This document shows, piece by piece, positions 57,686 to 64,000 of a stretch of DNA of 64,000 bases. Position numbers and translations under genes: made by a program. Origin of the DNA: an uncultured Gammaproteobacteria bacterium. GTDB lineage: Bacteria; Patescibacteriota; Patescibacteriia; Magasanikbacterales; UBA922. Each line of letters begins with the position of its first letter. Within the stretch, counting starts at the first letter, position 1. The notes under the pieces were generated by a model. The model was not told where the DNA came from. It saw only the letters and a list, made by a program, of their open reading frames with translations, and made no database searches. Location of the stretch: contig CAZFUL010000005.1 in NCBI GenBank assembly GCA_964522435.1, positions 21,568 through 85,567 on the forward strand. Reading direction: 5' to 3'.

Positions 57686-57850
57686 ATAATATTCTCTATT
57701 TTTTATAAGTTATGAGCGCAAAAAAACTATAGCAACCCTGGAGGGATTTATCAAGAAATATATTTTGCCTATCAGGGTGTCCTAATTGACAGAACCTAGC
57801 GAATATGCTAGGTTTTTTTGTTCATCTGACGGAATAACAGGAGGTACAGC

Positions 57851-58639
57851 ATGAACATGGAGATCCTGACCAACTTCGTTCTTGGGATCGGGCTTATCGT
57901 TAGCTCGGTCATCGTCTTTTTTGTTCTGCGCTTTTGCGCTCACACTCTGCTGAGGCTGTTTACGTCCTCGCAGCTGAAGACGCTCATCTTCGACATCGAT
58001 CGGACCTTGCATCTTTCTACAGCATTCAAGGATTATTGGATCGGTGAAGACTTGATCCTCATCAACAAGCTGCGTCGACGCCATGGGAAAGCTGCTCTCA
58101 CTGCGGCTGAATATGGCAATAGTGTTGATGATATTGGGCCAGACGAGGCATTTCGGGACGCGTGGTCGGATGCGTCTGGACAATGGCTTTCCGACAAGGC
58201 CTTGTGTCGTCTTCGTAGACGTGGACGGCGGGCGCAAGGGATCGAGCAGAACAGGAATCTGATCACCACCTTTTCCTGTCTGCGTGAGCAGGGGTATACG
58301 ATTGTGGCCTACAGCGACAATCCGATTTCCCTCAAGATGCTCAAAGCGCTGGGCATTGCGAAGTACGTTCATCGGGTGGTAGTCGCACCTGCTCGCTTTG
58401 GGAAGCTGAAACACAAGCTTCGCTTCATTCATGTGTTGCGGAGCACCTGGAGTTTTCCCACGCAAACAGCCATGTTTGGTGATTCTCAGGTATCAGACAT
58501 TGCACCTGCCCAAAAGTATCTGCCCAACAATCGTTGCTGTCGCGTCGTAGGGCCAGGCCAGTTGATTGAAGCGCTGCTTCGAGTTCTTCCTCACGAAGAG
58601 TCCAAGGAGTTGAAGCAGAAACTTACGGTTCGGCAATAA
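57851..58639 (+). CDS. HAD-superfamily hydrolase with an N-terminal TM anchor (higher GC)
   Basis: Motif I FDIDRTL and motif IV FGDSQVSD. Confidence 0.65.
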   Translation: MNMEILTNFVLGIGLIVSSVIVFFVLRFCAHTLLRLFTSSQLKTLIFDIDRTLHLSTAFKDYWIGEDLILINKLRRRHGKAALTAAEYGNSVDDIGPDEAFRDAWSDASGQWLSDKALCRLRRRGRRAQGIEQNRNLITTFSCLREQGYTIVAYSDNPISLKMLKALGIAKYVHRVVVAPARFGKLKHKLRFIHVLRSTWSFPTQTAMFGDSQVSDIAPAQKYLPNNRCCRVVGPGQLIEALLRVLPHEESKELKQKLTVRQ

Positions 58640-58791
58640 TTTAGGAGCAGGCGGTATGCAGGAAGAATACCGCCGCAAAAGAAAGAAGCGTATGCCATGC
58701 ATAGGCTTTTTTCTTTTAGTTGCACCCGAATAAAAACTAGGCTACACTAAATACGATTATATTCCATTTTCTTGATATTGATGAACTCTCT

Positions 58792-59775
58792 ATGAATAAA
58801 CAAATTATTGTTTCTGGTATTCAGCCTACGGGAAACCAGCATGTTGGAAATTATCTTGGCGCTGTAAAAAATTGGGTTGATCTTCAAGCAACTGGTGAAT
58901 ACGACATGTATATTTTTATTGCCGATCTCCATTCTCTTACGGGGGACATGGATGCTGATACACGCAGAGCCTGCATTATCCGTACTGCGGCAGAACTGTT
59001 AGCCATTGGCATTGACCCACATAAAACAACGCTATTTGTTCAATCAACTATTCCTGAACATACCGAATTGGCTTGGGTGTTTAATACGATTACTCCACTA
59101 GCAGAATTAGAACGGATGACACAGTTTAAAGACAAATCGCAACGACAGGCAAAAAACATTAATACGGGGTTATTAACATACCCAGTGTTACAAGCCGCTG
59201 ATATTTTACTCTATCGCGGGACACATGTCCCTGTTGGGATTGATCAAGTGCAACATGTTGAGTTAACGCGCGATTGTGCTCGTTGGTTTAATAATCGCTA
59301 CGGAGAATATTTTAAAGAAGTAGCGCCACTGCTTACCGACACGCCTAAAATTATGAGTTTGTTAGAACCAGAGAAAAAAATGAGTAAAAGTCATGGTCTT
59401 GATTCTGTTATTGAACTAGCAGATGAGCCAGACGTGATTACAAAAAAATTAAAAAAAGCGGTTACAGCGACAGAAGGAGGTACTGGATCAGTTGGCGCCC
59501 AAAACCTTATTCAATTGCTGAAGTATGTTGGCAATCAAGAAGCCTACACTCGCTACACGCAAGAAGAAAAAGATGGGACTATTCGGTATGGAGAATTAAA
59601 AACAGAGTTAGGAAATACACTGAGCACGGCATTTGCTGCATTTCGTGAGAGACGTCGTGAGTTGTTAGAACAGCATGACGAAATTGCCGCACTATTAAGT
59701 ATTGGTACAAAAAAAGCACAACAGGTTGCGAGTGACACCATGCAGCATGTTCGTAACGCGGTTGGTATTCGCTAA
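58792..59775 (+). CDS. trpS: tryptophan--tRNA ligase
   Basis: Class I HIGH-type region (GNQHVGNYLG) and KMSKS. Confidence 0.95.
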   Translation: MNKQIIVSGIQPTGNQHVGNYLGAVKNWVDLQATGEYDMYIFIADLHSLTGDMDADTRRACIIRTAAELLAIGIDPHKTTLFVQSTIPEHTELAWVFNTITPLAELERMTQFKDKSQRQAKNINTGLLTYPVLQAADILLYRGTHVPVGIDQVQHVELTRDCARWFNNRYGEYFKEVAPLLTDTPKIMSLLEPEKKMSKSHGLDSVIELADEPDVITKKLKKAVTATEGGTGSVGAQNLIQLLKYVGNQEAYTRYTQEEKDGTIRYGELKTELGNTLSTAFAAFRERRRELLEQHDEIAALLSIGTKKAQQVASDTMQHVRNAVGIR

Positions 59776-59834
59776 TTATTGTTTTTTTGCTATACTGACA
59801 CTAGTCACTTGGATGAAATAATTTTTTTAGATAT

Positions 59835-60077
59835 ATGAAATTTATTCTTGGCTTTTTGGTGATTGGGATTGGTGTATTCATGGTAGTAAAGACAGAGTGG
59901 ATGGTAGAAAATTTTGGAAGAAGCGCGTGGGCTGAAGAAAAATTTGTTACGAGTGGGGGGACACGGTTACTCTATAAACTCATCGGTATTGTTGCCATTT
60001 TCCTTACCTTTATGGTATGGACAGGGGGATTTCAACGACTCTTGTTGGGAACCTTTGGATCGTTATTTGGATTATAA
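59835..60077 (+). CDS. small membrane protein
   Basis: 80 aa with two TM helices. It overlaps the next ORF's unlikely N-terminal extension. Confidence 0.35.
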   Translation: MKFILGFLVIGIGVFMVVKTEWMVENFGRSAWAEEKFVTSGGTRLLYKLIGIVAIFLTFMVWTGGFQRLLLGTFGSLFGL

Positions 60078-60081
60078 TTGT

Positions 60082-60636
60082 ATGTCGTATCACAGCGGGA
60101 ATCAACTTGTTGATCCGCACATGTTATTTGATAAATTGCCATTGCAACCAGGGATGCATGTGGCAGATTTTGGTTGTGGAAGAACGGGACATATTGTATT
60201 CCCGGCGGCATTAATTGTGGGAGAGCGAGGATTGATTTTTGCGGTTGATATTTTAAAAGATGTATTAGACAATATTCAAAAGCGAGCAAAAATTGAATCC
60301 TTACATCAAATACAAACCATTTGGTCTAACATAGAATATGTTGGAAAAACGGCTATTCCTGATGAATCTCTTGATGTGGTATTTATTGTTAACGTGCTTT
60401 CTCAATCAGATAATCGCCACGGGGTGTTAGAAGAAGCAAAACGCTTATTAAAAAAGAAAGGCAGAATTGTTGTCGTAGATTGGAATAAACAAGGGTTGAG
60501 TTTTTGTCCAGACCATACCCGGTTTGTGAATTTTGATGATGTGATTCAGTGGGGAAGAGTGCAAGGATTTGGGGTTCAAGAAGAGTGTATTGTTGGGCCC
60601 TATCATCGCGGAGTTATTTTATATAGAAATAGTTAG
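60082..60636 (+). CDS. class I SAM-dependent methyltransferase
   Basis: Motif I VADFGCGRTG. The start is trimmed to the Met at 60082 to avoid the overlap. Confidence 0.65.
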   Translation: MSYHSGNQLVDPHMLFDKLPLQPGMHVADFGCGRTGHIVFPAALIVGERGLIFAVDILKDVLDNIQKRAKIESLHQIQTIWSNIEYVGKTAIPDESLDVVFIVNVLSQSDNRHGVLEEAKRLLKKKGRIVVVDWNKQGLSFCPDHTRFVNFDDVIQWGRVQGFGVQEECIVGPYHRGVILYRNS

Positions 60637-60660
60637 GGACTCGCCGTCGCCCTTTGGGCT

Positions 60661-61062
60661 ATGGCGAGCGAGGGGGGAAATATGATATCTCAAAATAGAC
60701 GCCTAGGAAACTGGGGCGAGCACGTTGCGGTACGATTTTTAGAAAAAAAACAGTATCAGATCATACAAAAAAACTTTACGACTCGTGTGGGGGAAATAGA
60801 TATTATCGCCTACCGCGAGTACCCCATCCATGGGCGTACGCTCTGTTTTATTGAAGTAAAAACGCGTTCTTCTCCATTGGATGCCGCATCACGCGCAACC
60901 GGATTTCGCAAACAGCAGCATATGCAAGCGGCAGCTCGCATATTTTGCTTACAGCAGCGGATTCCTATGGACAGAGTCCCTATACAATTTGAACACGTGA
61001 GTATCTATTCATTAGCGAAAGAAACCGCCAAAATATATCACTATGTGGTACCCATCTCTTGA
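60661..61062 (+). CDS. yraN: YraN/UPF0102 family endonuclease
   Basis: [17 protein letters not shown] ... [10 protein letters not shown] ... IEVKTRS. Confidence 0.8.
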   Translation: MASEGGNMISQNRRLGNWGEHVAVRFLEKKQYQIIQKNFTTRVGEIDIIAYREYPIHGRTLCFIEVKTRSSPLDAASRATGFRKQQHMQAAARIFCLQQRIPMDRVPIQFEHVSIYSLAKETAKIYHYVVPIS

Positions 61063-61155
61063 CAAACGGACATATGTATGGTATAGTCTTTTTATATAAA
61101 GTAGCTTGACAATCAAGCTGCTTTTTTTATTCTTACTTAATATACTCTTATATAT

Positions 61156-62418
61156 ATGTCTGAAATAACCAAACAGATTCAATTTATTTGTGATGAAAAG
61201 GGCATTGATTATGCGACCGTGATGAACGCTCTTGAGAGTGCTCTTGGTGCAGCGTACAGAAAAGATTTTGGGAATCGTCAACAAAATATTAAAGTAAAAT
61301 TTGACCCAGAAACCGGCAGTATGCAAATGTGGGATGTAAAAGAAGTTGTTGCGGATATAGAGGAAGATGTTTTGGAACAAGCCCAAGAAGAACTCACCAA
61401 ACGCCGAGAACAATTTATGGCAGAAGGACGCGAGTTAACAGAAGAAGATGTGGCAGACCTTCCTCGATTTAATCCAAAAAACGACATGATGCTTCGCGAT
61501 GCCGTGCTTATTAAACCTAAAGCAAAAGTGGGTGATATCTTGGAAATTGAGTTAACTATTCCGAGTGATTTTGGACGCATGGCAGCCCAAACCGCAAAAC
61601 AGGTGATTATCCAAAAATTGCGTGAAGCAGAGCGAAATAGTGTATTTGAAGATTTTAAACGTCAAGAAAAACAAATTGTGCAAGGGGTTATTCAACGCCG
61701 AGACCGTAGTGGCAATGTGGTGGTTGATTTAGGAAAAATTACCGGTACTTTGCCACAACGACAACAAATTGCTCGTGAATTTTATAAACCAGGAAGCAAA
61801 TTTCGTTTTTATGTTGTTTCTGTTGGCTTAGAAGCACGCGGTCCTGAGATTGTGTTATCTCGTTCTCATGAAGATATGGTACGAACCGTATTTGAACAAG
61901 AAATTCCTGAAATTGAAAACGGGGAAGTGATTATTAAAGCCATTGCCCGAGACGCAGGGAATCGATCGAAAGTAGCCGTGTCTACTGATGATCAAAATAT
62001 TGATCCTATTGGCTCTTGTATTGGACAACGAGGGAGTCGTATTACCACTATTATTGAAGAATTAGGTGGTGAAAAAGTAGATATTATCCAATACACCGAG
62101 AATGCTGCGGATTTTATTAAACAAGCGCTTTCGCCGGCAAAAGTGGATAAAGTAGAATTAAACGAAGAAGAAAAACTCGCAACGGTTCATGTGGCGGAAG
62201 ATCAATTTTCTTTAGCCATTGGCCGCGGGGGACAAAATGTTCGTTTAGCAGCAGCCTTGACTGGTTGGCAAATTAACGTTGTTCAACTCAATGATCCAGA
62301 AAAATTAGTGAGTAGTGAAGACGCTCTGCCTGTTGTTGAGGAAGTGTTAGCATCAGAAGAAAACAGCCCGTCTGTAGAAGCAGAGCAAACTGCTCAAGAA
62401 GAACTACCAAAAGAATAA
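61156..62418 (+). CDS. nusA: transcription termination/antitermination factor NusA
   Basis: N-terminal domain, S1 and two KH domains. A terminator hairpin lies at 62425-62460. Confidence 0.93.
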   Translation: MSEITKQIQFICDEKGIDYATVMNALESALGAAYRKDFGNRQQNIKVKFDPETGSMQMWDVKEVVADIEEDVLEQAQEELTKRREQFMAEGRELTEEDVADLPRFNPKNDMMLRDAVLIKPKAKVGDILEIELTIPSDFGRMAAQTAKQVIIQKLREAERNSVFEDFKRQEKQIVQGVIQRRDRSGNVVVDLGKITGTLPQRQQIAREFYKPGSKFRFYVVSVGLEARGPEIVLSRSHEDMVRTVFEQEIPEIENGEVIIKAIARDAGNRSKVAVSTDDQNIDPIGSCIGQRGSRITTIIEELGGEKVDIIQYTENAADFIKQALSPAKVDKVELNEEEKLATVHVAEDQFSLAIGRGGQNVRLAAALTGWQINVVQLNDPEKLVSSEDALPVVEEVLASEENSPSVEAEQTAQEELPKE

Positions 62419-62514
62419 GTTTCGCAACTATACCATAAAACCCTGCACCAGAACGCTGCAGGGTTTTGTTTTTATTCATTGTAAGAATATGCTATACTTT
62501 GCTTTCAATAGCAT

Positions 62515-64000
62515 ATGGATGAATACGTTATCTCAGTAGAAGAAAAACAGACCAAAAACCGGCGCTGTTCTTTTTGTCATACCCTGGGACATACCAAACG
62601 ACAGTGTGGGGTATATAAAGAGCATCTGCGTATTATTCCTATTCAATCTCAAACACCACAAAGACAATCCGTGCATATTATTAATTTACGAGAACGAGAG
62701 CCGCAACAGACCATAACAGAGGACATACCGGTGTTTATTGAACCAAAAATAGCGACCACACGCTCAGAAGTTATATCCTTTGCTGCGCTTATTAACGAGC
62801 AGCAGACAAGCCGGGTGCAAAAAGAATCATCTATCTCTGCAAAAGAGAAAAATAGACCGGCTTTTTCCTTGCGCGTGCTAGGAAAAAAGACAATAACATC
62901 GATGCAAGAACAGTTTTCTCGCTTTCAACGAGGATCTGCGGGCATACTATTTCGTCCGAGCATTGCCATGGTGCTTGTATTACTCATAATTTCTTTTCCC
63001 CTGAGTAAATATATTTCTTCGGTAAAAGCAGATACAGAAAAAATTGCACAAATAAGTACTCATGCTTTTACCTCGCTTGGGGATGCTACCTTTGCTGCAT
63101 TTCAGTCTGATATGGGGAAGGCAGAAGCGTCGTTAAGTGATGCGCTGCAAGCATTTTTTGACGCCAGTGTGTTGATTGAAGAAAAACATCCTCTATTGCA
63201 GTCTATTGCTCGTGTGTTACCTGTGATTGGGAAAGATATTAATGGAAAATATCACTTGCTTGAAGCAGGACAACACATGAGCATTGGAAATACCTATTTA
63301 TTAAAAGGAGTAAAAGAAGCGCAGACAGCGACGTCTTTAAGTACCTCTAACCAGTTAGAATTACTCATTCAACATTTACGAGCGGCAAAACCGCAATATC
63401 AAGCAGCACTGCTGTCACTTGCTGCTGTCGATGCTGAGATATTGCCGTTAGCATATCAAAAACAATTTCGAGATCTCCAAGTATTATTTACGGCCTTTGT
63501 TGATGATATTGATGATATCACGACGCTTGCCGACACCATGAATACTATTGTGGGTTCTAATGGGTTTCGTCGTTACATTGTGGTAACACAAAATTCGGCT
63601 GAAATTCGTGCAACGGGAGGATTTTGGGGAGCAGCAGCACTCTGTGATTTTCAACAAGGAAACTTTTTAGGCTGCGAGGTATTAGGCGGAGGGTTATATG
63701 ATCTACAAGGACAATACGGAGAATATATTGCTCCTCCTGCGCCATTGCAAATCGTTAATAAACGCTGGGAATGTCATGATATGAATTGGTGGCCTGATTT
63801 TGCGTCGTCTGCAGAATTATTAGCCAATTGTTTTCAAAAAAGTCGTGGGATAACGGTTGATGGGGTGATTGCCGTAAATGCCTCTGTACTAGAAAAGATA
63901 TTGTCCATCACTGGTCCGATTATAAATGAAGAACATGATGTTGTCCTTACGGCAGAAACTGCGCTTGAGGTACTTCAGAAAAAAGTTGAGGTAGATTATG
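62515..64000 (+). CDS. DUF4012-domain protein, 3'-partial, with an N-terminal CCHC zinc knuckle
   Basis: The frame stays open from the ATG at 62515 to the window end. It has CSFCHTLGHTKRQC (CX2CX4HX4C), a TM segment, and YIVVTQNSAEIRATGGFWGAAA, typical of DUF4012. Confidence 0.7.
   Translation, partial: MDEYVISVEEKQTKNRRCSFCHTLGHTKRQCGVYKEHLRIIPIQSQTPQRQSVHIINLREREPQQTITEDIPVFIEPKIATTRSEVISFAALINEQQTSRVQKESSISAKEKNRPAFSLRVLGKKTITSMQEQFSRFQRGSAGILFRPSIAMVLVLLIISFPLSKYISSVKADTEKIAQISTHAFTSLGDATFAAFQSDMGKAEASLSDALQAFFDASVLIEEKHPLLQSIARVLPVIGKDINGKYHLLEAGQHMSIGNTYLLKGVKEAQTATSLSTSNQLELLIQHLRAAKPQYQAALLSLAAVDAEILPLAYQKQFRDLQVLFTAFVDDIDDITTLADTMNTIVGSNGFRRYIVVTQNSAEIRATGGFWGAAALCDFQQGNFLGCEVLGGGLYDLQGQYGEYIAPPAPLQIVNKRWECHDMNWWPDFASSAELLANCFQKSRGITVDGVIAVNASVLEKILSITGPIINEEHDVVLTAETALEVLQKKVEVDY

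Noticed and set aside
1-64000. CRISPR arrays, rRNA and tRNA genes
   Set aside because: No regularly spaced short direct repeats were found. No 16S/23S-like conserved blocks were found. The GGTTCGA-like segment near 24575 lacks a closing T-stem, and no cloverleaf could be built there or in any other intergenic region.

Overview
The window is chromosomal DNA from a low-GC bacterium, roughly 35-40% GC by eye, carrying a ~14.5 kb foreign-composition island. The backbone is compact and rich in core genes. From left to right these are a partial MBL-fold hydrolase, a ribosomal protein S1-like gene, ftsH, a pseudouridine synthase, a Ca2+/Na+ antiporter, a VKOR-DsbA pair, an RlmD-like rRNA methyltransferase, endonuclease III, recA, ftsK, rpoB-rpoC, yebC, ruvC, rpsO, pnp, a NUDIX hydrolase, trpS, yraN and nusA. 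The window ends inside a partial DUF4012 gene. The backbone also carries cell-envelope genes: a Wzx-like flippase, an O-antigen-ligase-like gene, a SpoIID-domain protein, TspO and several secreted proteins. Hairpin plus T-run terminators sharing a cccgaNNNNtcggg stem-loop recur through the backbone. The gene content (DUF4012, SpoIID, separate rpoB/rpoC) and the weak Shine-Dalgarno signals are compatible with a Patescibacteria/CPR-like organism, but this is tentative. The main anomaly is a high-GC segment at about 10.2-24.7 kb, roughly 60-65% GC by eye. It is interrupted by one host-like AT-rich gene at 15.1-15.6 kb, and all of its own genes are on the + strand with good AGGAGG-type ribosome-binding sites, which backbone genes mostly lack. 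It encodes a DHH-like phosphoesterase, several unknown proteins, and a four-gene operon: a membrane protein, an unknown protein, a MoxR-type AAA+ ATPase and a VWA/MIDAS protein. It also encodes a 701-aa multi-zinc-ribbon protein and two copies of a ~200-nt structured intergenic element that show compensatory base changes. At the left edge a strong sigma70-like promoter drives a ~220-nt candidate small RNA with an intrinsic terminator. Smaller high-GC islets lie at 1.75-2.85 kb, 46.4-46.85 kb, 56.6-57.0 kb and 57.85-58.6 kb, and an AT-rich accessory patch at 48.4-50.3 kb. No rRNA, tRNA or CRISPR array was found. GC values are estimates by eye; no sequence search was run, and a chimeric assembly cannot be excluded from sequence alone.
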